From positions 448,001-512,000 of the forward strand of contig CAWJAX010000005.1 in assembly GCA_963841015.1 (NCBI GenBank): DNA of 64,000 bases. Direction: 5' to 3'. The notes under the pieces were generated by a model. The model saw only the letters and a program-made list of their open reading frames with translations, was not told where the DNA came from and did not search any database. The stretch's first letter is position 1. Each line of letters starts with the position of its first letter. A program made the translations under genes and the position numbers. Below are positions 10,883 through 19,768 of this stretch, in pieces. The stretch comes from an uncultured Methanoregulaceae archaeon. GTDB lineage: Archaea > Halobacteriota > Methanomicrobia > Methanomicrobiales > Methanospirillaceae.

Positions 10883-11389
10883 TCAATCTGCCCCCTCGAG
10901 GGTGAATTTCCACGAACAAAACGGCGTCCTGGGCAGGGTTTCGGGTGGGCACGACAGGCACTCAGTTATTATACGGGCATCAATAGTGCGGGCAAACACA
11001 GGAAATTCGACCAGCCCGACTGATCTGCAGGGAAACTCCGGCATCCCCTTTCTTTTTCGGGTTGTCTGCACCCGGCAGGTTTTCAGAGTAACAATGAGAG
11101 TTTTTTCGTCCGTCCGGAGAATCTCCAGCTCATTGAGGAGGGAAATAAGCCGGTTCTTAAACGCGATTTCCAGCGCATCCAGTCCGCCTTTATCCGGAAG
11201 GAAAAGCCGTTCCTTTATCCGCCGGGCCTCAATAACGGCAAATTGCTCCCAGACCTGCCTGTCCATGGCAAGGGCTGCATCCATGCCGTTTGCCTGCTCA
11301 ACAGCCTGGAACCAGAGGCCGTCCATCGCAACCCAGTTCTTTGCTGCGTCAGTGAGCGCTTGTGACACCACTTCCTGCACCGGTCTCAT
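10883..11389 (-). CDS. DUF6125-like conserved protein
   Basis: KNWVAMDGLWFQAVE, CRVQxxRxRKG, CxSVG, CLSCPP, CSWKF pattern. Confidence 0.75.
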   Translation of the reverse strand: MRPVQEVVSQALTDAAKNWVAMDGLWFQAVEQANGMDAALAMDRQVWEQFAVIEARRIKERLFLPDKGGLDALEIAFKNRLISLLNELEILRTDEKTLIVTLKTCRVQTTRKRKGMPEFPCRSVGLVEFPVFARTIDARIITECLSCPPETLPRTPFCSWKFTLEGAD

Positions 11390-11438
11390 CTATGGTGCAT
11401 GGACTGCGGAAGGGCAAAAATCTGCCGGCTGGTTGCGA

Positions 11439-12353
11439 TCACCTGTCTGCGTCCAGCTGCACCTGGATCCGTCCTGCAACAGACTCAGCGGTCTTATCGA
11501 GTGGGAAAAGCCGGATATCTTCTGCAGAGGCAACACCCACCCCAAGTTGAGCAGCTCTGGCTATCTGCTCCTGTTCAAAAATCCTGCCTTCCATCACATC
11601 ACGCATAGTCCCGTACGAACGGAGCAGGGCAACTCCTACCGCATCGATGGCCACCCGGTCAGTACCGGCAATGATTACTTCCGGGTGAATGAGCTTACCC
11701 GTATCCGGCCCTCCGGTCGCAAAACCCTCCGTTGCATCCATAACGATGAGGTCTGTGCGGTAGAATTTGTTGATCTCTGCGATCATCAGCCGCTGGTGGG
11801 GTGAGCTGTGCAGTTCACCCATGAAATCATAGTTGACTTTGGGAACCCGTTTTGCGATAAGACCTACAGAATTTTTCAGTGACATGGTGAAATGCCCGCC
11901 GAACCGGTGAGTCTTGAGGCAGCAGGTTTGTATCACTCTGTCAGCCTGTGCAACAATGCCCGCAATAAAAAAACCCCGGGACCAGTGCAGACCGGGAGCC
12001 TGGATCTCTCTCCAGCCGGTGCGTTCGAGTTCATCGAGGACAACTGTTGAAAACCCCCGATCCTGTGCCAGTGCAATAACTCCCCTTGTTTCCAGCACAC
12101 CGCGGGTATTCCCCATCCCGCTGCGTTCGGCAAGGATGAGCTTTTTGGGCTTTTCTGCAAGGATTGCTGAACAGAGAGCATCCAGTACGTCTATATGAGT
12201 GGATGCAGGTGGAGGATCTGCACTATTGTAATTTGCCTTGAGAGTGATGTCAGAATCCGAAAAAACCGACATGTCAAAGTCCTTCAGAACACGCTGCACG
12301 CCAATGATGCGATCCGATGCATTGGCAATGAATATCTCAGAATTCCCTCCCAT
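11439..12353 (-). CDS. DUF362 domain protein
   Basis: LKANYNS...STH, AERSG, LKTHRFGG..TMSLKN, DRVAIDAVG. Start likely ATG 12353. Confidence 0.85.
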   Translation of the reverse strand: MGGNSEIFIANASDRIIGVQRVLKDFDMSVFSDSDITLKANYNSADPPPASTHIDVLDALCSAILAEKPKKLILAERSGMGNTRGVLETRGVIALAQDRGFSTVVLDELERTGWREIQAPGLHWSRGFFIAGIVAQADRVIQTCCLKTHRFGGHFTMSLKNSVGLIAKRVPKVNYDFMGELHSSPHQRLMIAEINKFYRTDLIVMDATEGFATGGPDTGKLIHPEVIIAGTDRVAIDAVGVALLRSYGTMRDVMEGRIFEQEQIARAAQLGVGVASAEDIRLFPLDKTAESVAGRIQVQLDADR

Positions 12354-12477
12354 AGGTATCCCTTGAGTATCCGTAACCTTCCTCAAGATAAGAAATCTTG
12401 CACTCTACGATATTTACCAAATAAACAACACAATCTCTCGATGATGGAGAGATCTGTGACATTAAAATCGGCTCTGT

Positions 12478-12700
12478 CACTTTTCCTGTTTCCCTTCTTT
12501 TTCAATCCTGGAAACTGCAGTGTCACATTAACCGGGATCGATCTCTATGCCGATGCCGTTTCGGTTGCACTGCGATGCAGCAACAAGTGTTGAACCGCTT
12601 CCCATGAACGGGTCAAGCACGGTGTCTCCGATAAATGAGAAAAGTTTTATGCAACGAAGCGGCAGTTCGACTGGGAACGGTGCGGGATGACTTTTTTGAT
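12478..12700 (-). pseudogene. 3' relic of a beta-class DNA methyltransferase
   Basis: HPAPFPVELPLRCIKLFSFIGDTVLDPFMGSGSTLVAASQCNRNGIGIEIDPG*CDTAVSRIEKE; TAA at 12528-12530; no 5' half present. Confidence 0.9.
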
Positions 12701-12755
12701 TTTTAATGATTCATTCTTTTAGATGAGTGATTTTATATAATTACCTCGTTGTATT

Positions 12756-13316
12756 ATGATTGTGGCATTAGATGAAGATCAACAATCAAAACGGTCGACT
12801 TCTGGATATAAGTTTGAAAAAAAGATCTTCGCTGAATTAGAATCGAATATTGGGAAATCACTTAAAGGTAAAGGATGTATTCTCGTATATGGGAGAGAGA
12901 TAGGGTTTAAAGTAAAATATCCTGAGATATGGAGATCGTTATCGATTCGTACACCTATAGGATGTTGCACTGGGGATACAGATATAATAATATTTGATGA
13001 TCGACGAAAAGAGCCATATGCTATAATAAGTTGCAAAACTTCTTTTCGAGAAAGAATTACGGAATCGCTATACTATATGCGCTTCTATAAGACCTGTTAT
13101 CATCGATTTTTATTATTTGTAGTGACGGAAGATATCGGATATACTAGAAAAGGAAAATGGCGATCAGAACTAGGGACCAGTGAGAAACCCACAAAAATCC
13201 GAGTATTGGCAGAAAAAGAAGGAGTCTCAATATATTCCACCAATTCAAAAACAGATTTTGGTGGATGTGTAAAACCACGAATAAAATTAGAATCTGATAT
13301 TATGAATTATGTATGA
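12756..13316 (+). CDS. Putative type II restriction endonuclease, BsaWI/CCGG-family-like
   Basis: DTDIII...ISCKTSFRER matches the (P)D...K..R(D/E)R signature; AT-rich; convergent with a methyltransferase. Confidence 0.7.
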   Translation: MIVALDEDQQSKRSTSGYKFEKKIFAELESNIGKSLKGKGCILVYGREIGFKVKYPEIWRSLSIRTPIGCCTGDTDIIIFDDRRKEPYAIISCKTSFRERITESLYYMRFYKTCYHRFLLFVVTEDIGYTRKGKWRSELGTSEKPTKIRVLAEKEGVSIYSTNSKTDFGGCVKPRIKLESDIMNYV

Positions 13317-13382
13317 TTTTCCTAAATAATGATATACCAAATATTGGATGTGAATGAAAAAAGGGTTATTTTTCATTATAAT

Positions 13383-14438
13383 TTACCGCGACTCGTAACG
13401 ATGAACACCTTTTTTTACCCAGATTAACTTTCCTCTCTCGAAAAGATTTCTAATTTTTCGTTCAAAATAATTAATGCCGAATCCCGTTTTTGCTCTATAC
13501 TCATTATTGATCCATTCGCTCACTTCTGCATAATTTATATCTCGATTTGGATTCTCTTCGAAATATTGCATTATTGCACCAATTTGAGTAGTTTGTTCTG
13601 TTGTTTTTTGATGTTTTTTTGGTAATTCCTTGTAATGATTTAGATTAGTTTGTTCCAAACCTGCTTCTTTTTTCAATCGTTCGAGTGCAATTTCACAATA
13701 CCGTGTATCAATTTCTATACCAATTCCTTTTCGATTTAAAAGATAAGAGGCAACAAGAGTCGATCCACTTCCTAAAAATGGATCGAGAACCGTATCCCCT
13801 TTAAAGCTAAAGAGTTGAATGCATCGTTTTGGAAGTTCAACAGGGAATGGTGCCGGGTGTCCTATTTTCTTTTTACTTTCACCACTAAAAGTCCACAATC
13901 CATTTGTCCAATCCATAAAATCTTTTTTCTCTATTGTTGACTCTTTTGAACCACTAGTTTTTTTCCATTCTTTTTTGTAAAAAACAACAATTAACTCAAC
14001 TGGGGCAATGACATATGGAGCAGACGCGCTCTTAAACGACCCCCACGCGGTCCTTCGAGAGATATTTCCCTCGTTCCAAATAATTGTAGAATGATATTTA
14101 AATTTGAGTTTTTTTGCAATAGTTGTTAAGTCAGCTCCAACACTTTGCTGACCTCCTTTATTTTTATCTAGAGGGATATTCAGACAAAATCGTCCGTCGT
14201 CTTTGAGCCAATTGTAACAAAGTCGCATCCATTTCTTACTGAATTCTTTATAATCATCATAAGTGAGTTGATCATCATGAGAATTATATTTTATATCGAC
14301 ATTATACGGTGGCGATGTGACAATTAGATCTATAGATTTTGGTTTAATTGCATCGGTTTTAAACACGCTATCATTAATTATGAGCAATCTATCATTCTCA
14401 CAAAAAATTTTATTATCCAATATTTTTACCTCTTTCAA
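13383..14438 (-). CDS. Beta-class N4-cytosine DNA methyltransferase with a C-terminal winged-helix-like extension
   Basis: TSPPY (motif IV) precedes DPFLGSG (motif I); ~90-aa extra C-terminal region; AT-rich; TTG start. Confidence 0.9.
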   Translation of the reverse strand: MKEVKILDNKIFCENDRLLIINDSVFKTDAIKPKSIDLIVTSPPYNVDIKYNSHDDQLTYDDYKEFSKKWMRLCYNWLKDDGRFCLNIPLDKNKGGQQSVGADLTTIAKKLKFKYHSTIIWNEGNISRRTAWGSFKSASAPYVIAPVELIVVFYKKEWKKTSGSKESTIEKKDFMDWTNGLWTFSGESKKKIGHPAPFPVELPKRCIQLFSFKGDTVLDPFLGSGSTLVASYLLNRKGIGIEIDTRYCEIALERLKKEAGLEQTNLNHYKELPKKHQKTTEQTTQIGAIMQYFEENPNRDINYAEVSEWINNEYRAKTGFGINYFERKIRNLFERGKLIWVKKGVHRYESR

Positions 14439-14547
14439 ATATTGGAGATTTTACCTAAATTAGTTATGTAATTATGCCTCTTCTAAAAATTCACTTAGGT
14501 CATTTTTAAGGTATGAAGCAAATCTGAAAAAAAGAAATTATATCGTG

Positions 14548-15330
14548 TCAAAGTGTACTGTCTGCCGCTTTCAGCTGTGCCTGCAGGTCCATCTGGTATC
14601 CCACAACGGTGGTTCGGAATTGCTGTTTAAGCAGTCTCAACCCGCCGTTTATTGATAATAACCTCCCGTCCTTGTTCTGGAGAAGGGCTTTTTCCAGCTC
14701 AGCATGTTGCACATCAATCTGCGATGAAAGAGTTTTAGGATAGGTGACATCCATACCATGAAGGCTGAGGTCATCGAGAATCGCAGTGCGCCGTTCAGAA
14801 CTCTGGCTGAAAACCATGAACCGTGTGTTCTGACTGGCGAGCCACGATGAGTACTTTAAGGAATTGAATGAATTCTCAACTGGATGCAGTGAAGCTTCAG
14901 CGCTCGATCGCATCTCACTGGTACTACCATTAAACATCGCCATCTGAACATTAGTCTCATCCACAAACAATATGCTCTGGTACCGCATCTCCTCGCGGGC
15001 TTCAGTGACCTCCTCAACAGTGCGCATCACGGGAACGGTGAAGGCAGCCGTCAGGTAATCCTCCTGAATCTGCCGCAGGCCAGCTGTTCCGGTGCCCCCG
15101 CTTATCTTGTCAATGTAGGTAATCACACCGTCCATCCGGGCCTGCTGGGTCTTTCCAACATAGGCAACATGCATCTTGAGCGGTGACAGGAGTTCAGCGC
15201 TGTCCTGGTTGAGATAATTCTGGCTGCGGGACTGGCCGGTGCTTTCGGTTACTGCCCCGACCATCGGAACAAAAAGTACACTTAAGAAAAGAAGAATCAA
15301 CCCCTTCCTGAGAATGTCCAAACTGTTCAC
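14548..15330 (-). CDS. Secreted helical hypothetical protein
   Basis: 260-aa ORF with a signal peptide, GGAGG SD before GTG, host-like codon usage. Confidence 0.75.
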   Translation of the reverse strand: MNSLDILRKGLILLFLSVLFVPMVGAVTESTGQSRSQNYLNQDSAELLSPLKMHVAYVGKTQQARMDGVITYIDKISGGTGTAGLRQIQEDYLTAAFTVPVMRTVEEVTEAREEMRYQSILFVDETNVQMAMFNGSTSEMRSSAEASLHPVENSFNSLKYSSWLASQNTRFMVFSQSSERRTAILDDLSLHGMDVTYPKTLSSQIDVQHAELEKALLQNKDGRLLSINGGLRLLKQQFRTTVVGYQMDLQAQLKAADSTL

Positions 15331-15505
15331 GAACTGTGCCCTCCGTTAAAACACACAATTTCTTGTAGATGGTTCTCTGATTTTTACTGATGGGATATCG
15401 TGGTAAATATTACGAGGATGCATAATGGTATTTTTTATTCCTTCAGAATGCATCGATCGAACTATCCGGTTCATCCATCTCCGCGGCAATCGCTGCTCGG
15501 TGTTT

Positions 15506-15685
15506 TTATGATGGTAATCCTTGTGTTCTGAATACTTCACACAGATCCGGTGCGGAAACGCTTTTTGCAATTGTGCATGTACAATACGAAGAGCACGCAT
15601 TGCATACCGATGCAACAGAGTTCAGTAATTCCTCACTGTAGAGTACTGCTGAAATGCGGTACGCCTCTTTGCCGTCACCACACAT
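15506..15685 (-). CDS. Small Cys-rich hypothetical protein (59 aa)
   Basis: MCGDGKEAY...CNACSSYCTC...C; G-rich SD-like run upstream and an AT-rich promoter-like region beyond. Confidence 0.4.
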   Translation of the reverse strand: MCGDGKEAYRISAVLYSEELLNSVASVCNACSSYCTCTIAKSVSAPDLCEVFRTQGLPS

Positions 15686-16805
15686 ACATAGACCCCCGGT
15701 TTTTTCGAACCACAAAAATACTCATGATCATTGCTATCACACTATTCCGATAAATGTTCATTATTTCTTAATAGTTAATAAACATATTTATTTTTAAAAA
15801 AGCTCATTTTTATTCATATTTGATAAAATTTTAGCAAATATTATTTATTTAACTCTCTTAAAGAAAAAAATATAATAATGTCACTGGATAAAAAAAAGAA
15901 CTCTTTTGTCCATGGAATCCATTGAGAGATCCATGATCAGATACCCTTTATTTTTCAGATAGATTCTGCAGTTTTTTCTTTTTTCCCGCTGACTGCAAGT
16001 TGTGTGGTATGCCCCAGGATCCCGCTCCAGGAGACAGGAACCCGAACGGATCTCACCGACCAAAACTGATGACCTCTACCTGCAACCCACTTTTTGGGCA
16101 TAATCTCTTCTCATATTCTAAATATGGTTTAAAATGGCAATACGACCTCAATTCTGGCATCTTCTCTTTTTAGCAGGTCAGAACCAACCGGCCTGAATGG
16201 GGTCTTTTTGCTCACCAATTTTCTTATAACGGGTTTACGGGCGTAGAATCAGGAATAACCGATAATAGTGGGAGAAAAACCGGCCTGTTTATTCCTATTT
16301 GGGAGGCGAATCTCAGTTTTTATTGCCGGGAGTATAGGGAAGGGGAAAAGGGACAAAAACGGGGGTTTGGGGGATCTGGATTCTTGGGATCCGGGACATA
16401 AGGAGATACATTCGGCTCGTGATGAAATACCCTCAATGCAGGCCTATTTTGACAAAATGATCGAATCAGGATTTCAGCAGATAGCAGGAAATCGTAAATT
16501 ACAGGCCACTTTTTTTGCGATCTTGGATTTTTAGAGTTTACCGGAAAAAAGGCTGGAATCCGAGATTGAAAAATATCCCTAAAGACCCTTTTGGGAAGCA
16601 AATCTCTTTTTTAATAGCCTGGTGCAGGGGAAAGATAAAAAATGGTTTTTTTGGGGATACCGGTTTTGAGGATCAGCAAGGAAGTATACCGGGGATTTTG
16701 GTCTGTATCAAAAAAAATTTCTGTTGAAACGGCAAATCAACTGATCCAATCGGCAGGTCTTTTATCAATTTCCGTGAAGGATCCTCAAACCCCGGTACGT
16801 GCGCA

Positions 16806-17294
16806 TCAGGTATTTTTTGTTACTTCAACCGGATCGATATTCGCATCTATCAGACAATCGAATGAAACGGTTGAAAGCCATCCGGCTTTTTCAAACATAT
16901 GCATGAAGCAGACCCCGATAATCAGTGCTCCGGAGTGCCGGTCAATTACTGCTTTTACCTGCTCTGCTTTTACTGGCACGTTGGGCATGGAGAGACCGCC
17001 CATGATGACAATTGCCTTTGGCTTCACACTCCCTGTGGCAGCACCTGCCTGCATCCCGATATCGGGAACATGATGGATCTTGTGCGCCTTGCTCTCGTCG
17101 ACCATGGGAACAAAGACCTGTTCGAGTTCCAGCGAGCGGACAGCAAACCCGAGCAACTCGACAAACGGTGTGCACGTCCCCGGCACACCGTAATAGACGA
17201 TCTGGTCGCCTTTTTTTAATCCTTTCTTCTCTATATATTCTTTAAACGGGCGCAGGATTCCCGGGACACCGTGAAATACCTCTTTTGTGGTCAT
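16806..17294 (-). CDS. DUF2124 family methanogen protein
   Basis: GxPGTCTPFVELLGFAVR, MGGLSMP, GVCFMHMF...W, FDCLID. Confidence 0.8.
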   Translation of the reverse strand: MTTKEVFHGVPGILRPFKEYIEKKGLKKGDQIVYYGVPGTCTPFVELLGFAVRSLELEQVFVPMVDESKAHKIHHVPDIGMQAGAATGSVKPKAIVIMGGLSMPNVPVKAEQVKAVIDRHSGALIIGVCFMHMFEKAGWLSTVSFDCLIDANIDPVEVTKNT

Positions 17295-17485
17295 ATAGAT
17301 CTACACTTCCCTACTGATATGATAAAAATTACCCGGGCTGGAGCACACAACCATGATAATTCGATTCGGGTGTGTACTTATAACGAACGGTGACGGGTGA
17401 GGTAGCGGCTGGAAAAATCCCCTCAAGTGTTTGAGAGGCACTATGGCATAACCAAAAATAAGAACGCAATCTGTGAAAAAAAAAT

Positions 17486-18412
17486 TTAGATGTAGGGATT
17501 GCGGAGAGCCTTACCCACACCAAAAGTTGCACGCTCTTCGAGCGTCTTTTTGTTCTTTGAGATCTTCTCGTTTGCCAGTTTGGTAACGAGTTCAAGACCG
17601 GGCTTGACCTTCTCGATTGGCTGGGTCTCAAAGCATCCTGCTGCCATTGCCTTGCCCCAGACCGAGTCACCGATCTTGGACCTGACAAAGACGGTGCTCC
17701 ATCCATCGGGACTGCCGACAGATCCGGTTGAGATGTCACCGAGGTTGGCGACATAGTCAAGACAGACATGGCATCCGGGCTGCTCGTACTTGTGGGTCAC
17801 CTTCAGCGGCAACTGGACTACCTGTCCGCGTTTGCCGTAGACCCAGAACTTGCCCTTGCCGATCTCCATCTTCTTGACAGATTCCATCTTCATGGCTGCA
17901 TGATCTTCCACGAGCTGGAGGATACTCTGGTACGGGAAGTTCTCCATACAGAAGATACCGACTGCGAGTGCAATGCTGGCTCCGACATCGCGGGCACCGA
18001 TCGGGTAGAGCTGGAGTTTCCTGATTGCCTGCATCTGGCAGGGGGTTCCGACAATACCGACCTTGTCCAGACCGAAGCTGCGGGTTGCTTCCTTGATCAT
18101 GGACACATTCGGGCTGATATTATACTTGGTGCCTGCTGCTGCAAGCAGTTCAGCCTTGGTGTTTACGATCGCTGGAATTGGTCTCCAGGGCTCGATCATA
18201 TCCCAGTTTGAATTGTCCATCATGACCTTTGACGGGTGCTTTGCTGCGAATTCCTTTGATGCAGCAACGATTGCACCGTCAATGATACCTTCGTCGAGCG
18301 CAAATGCAAACAGCGAGGTGACGATACCGCCATCCTGGGCGTGCTTGAGAAGCTCCTTATCGGTGCTTCGGGCTGAGACGCATGATTTATAAATTCCAAG
18401 TTCTGCTCCCAT
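17486..18412 (-). CDS. frhB: F420-reducing hydrogenase beta subunit
   Basis: AQDGGIVT, AAGTKY, VGTPCQ, GIFCMENF, CHVCLD, DISTGSVGSPDGWS. Confidence 0.96.
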   Translation of the reverse strand: MGAELGIYKSCVSARSTDKELLKHAQDGGIVTSLFAFALDEGIIDGAIVAASKEFAAKHPSKVMMDNSNWDMIEPWRPIPAIVNTKAELLAAAGTKYNISPNVSMIKEATRSFGLDKVGIVGTPCQMQAIRKLQLYPIGARDVGASIALAVGIFCMENFPYQSILQLVEDHAAMKMESVKKMEIGKGKFWVYGKRGQVVQLPLKVTHKYEQPGCHVCLDYVANLGDISTGSVGSPDGWSTVFVRSKIGDSVWGKAMAAGCFETQPIEKVKPGLELVTKLANEKISKNKKTLEERATFGVGKALRNPYI

Positions 18413-18423
18413 GTTAAGTCACC

Positions 18424-19308
18424 TCACTGGAGTGCCGCCATTATGGCCTCGTTGATCGCTTCATAATTCGATACCACATCAAAGCTGAACCAGCTCCGCG
18501 GGCACTGGTTGTAACAGGCTCCGCACTTGATGCACAGATCGCGCTCGCCCTGTGGTTTGCCATACTCGTGGGTAATGGCATTGACCGGGCAGGCTGATGC
18601 GCAGCTGCCGCATCCCATGCACAGGCCCTGGTTGATGACATTGGTCATCAGGTCGCAGAAGCATGCGCTGGTCCCCTTGTCCGCGGCCATCATCAATGGC
18701 TTGAGGAAGGCAGTTGCAAGATCCTTTTGTTCTTTTGTCCCCTTGAGGAGCAGGTATGCCATTACGGCGACATTCCTGATCATCTGGGGGGTCGGTGCGC
18801 AACCGGGGATGAAAACATCGACCTTGATAAGGTCCCCGATTGGCAGGTATGCCTCATGTGCGGGCTGGTTCTGCTGACCACCGCGGCAGAACCGGGTGAT
18901 ATTTCCATAAGCCGCACAGCCACCGAGTGCTACCACTACGGTTGACTTTTCACGGGTTTCTTTAATCTCTTCTACTGCAAGTTTGTCGTTAATACAAACT
19001 GAACCCTCGACGAATGAAACATCGACCTTCTGGATATGCCTTGCGTCTGCAAGTGTTGGCATGTACTTAAGGTCAACATACTTGTCGAGGAGTGTTAATA
19101 ATCCGGCGTAGTTGTCTGCTAATGCCACAGTACAACCGGTACACCCACTCAGGTGCGTGTAGCCTACTGTAATTTTATCTGCCACAGGCTTAACCTCCTT
19201 TTTTGTTGCTTCCGTTTTTGTTCCCACGTCAGCGGGTTTCGGTGGAGCCGCAGCTTTTGGCGGTTCCTCGCTGGCGCTCTTCTTGAAGACACTTGATAGT
19301 AGTCCCAT
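18424..19308 (-). CDS. frhG: F420-reducing hydrogenase gamma subunit (alternative start GTG 19185)
   Basis: LSGCTGC, EGSVC, GGCAAYG, PGCAP plus two ferredoxin-type CxxCxxCxxxCP motifs. Confidence 0.95.
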   Translation of the reverse strand: MGLLSSVFKKSASEEPPKAAAPPKPADVGTKTEATKKEVKPVADKITVGYTHLSGCTGCTVALADNYAGLLTLLDKYVDLKYMPTLADARHIQKVDVSFVEGSVCINDKLAVEEIKETREKSTVVVALGGCAAYGNITRFCRGGQQNQPAHEAYLPIGDLIKVDVFIPGCAPTPQMIRNVAVMAYLLLKGTKEQKDLATAFLKPLMMAADKGTSACFCDLMTNVINQGLCMGCGSCASACPVNAITHEYGKPQGERDLCIKCGACYNQCPRSWFSFDVVSNYEAINEAIMAALQ

Positions 19309-19768
19309 AATCAACTCCAATAATTTCCAGTATCACCTGAATTGTCTTAGGAATTGCTTTCTGAAGTTCTTCAGAGAGCCCGAGTTCGAACTCAGGGGAT
19401 GTAATCCGTGCTGGCTGACACCCGATGATCGTAATCTCAACCCGGTCTTTGATGCGCTGGAGCGGTTCGGCAAGATCCCATGAATGGGCATCCCTGTACG
19501 CGCCCGGCGGCAGATCTTCGACACGGAGTTTTGTGATGGATCCCGGTTCGGCACCATAATCAGCAATATCGACGATTATCAGTTTTTTCGTCACTTCCGG
19601 GTCGAGCAGGGTAAAAATAAAATGCGGGCCTCCAAGACCCGCATCCACTATCATTACATTGTCGGGAAGCGAGAGATTCTGCATCTCTTCGATTACTGCA
19701 GGACCAAAGCCGTCATCGGCAAACAGGGGGTTTCCACACCCTGCAATAACGATCTCCGGATAAAGCAT
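19229..19768 (-). CDS. frhD: Hydrogenase maturation protease
   Basis: GCGNPLFADDGFG, DAGLGG, DAHSW. Confidence 0.93.
   Translation of the reverse strand: MLYPEIVIAGCGNPLFADDGFGPAVIEEMQNLSLPDNVMIVDAGLGGPHFIFTLLDPEVTKKLIIVDIADYGAEPGSITKLRVEDLPPGAYRDAHSWDLAEPLQRIKDRVEITIIGCQPARITSPEFELGLSEELQKAIPKTIQVILEIIGVDYGTTIKCLQEERQRGTAKSCGSTETR

Noticed and set aside
16040-16080. CTGATGACCTCTAC resembles the 3' end of a fluoride (crcB) riboswitch
   Set aside because: The matching 5' GGxGATGAGGT segment is absent upstream and no credible gene follows.
16268-16727. Short ORFs in the 16-kb spacer
   Set aside because: Low-complexity, homopolymer-driven translations without SD or protein motifs.
15750-16800. 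Possible replication origin (AT-rich stretch plus G-strings)
   Set aside because: No repeated ORB-like TTCCAGTGGAAAC boxes and no orc1/cdc6 gene in the window.
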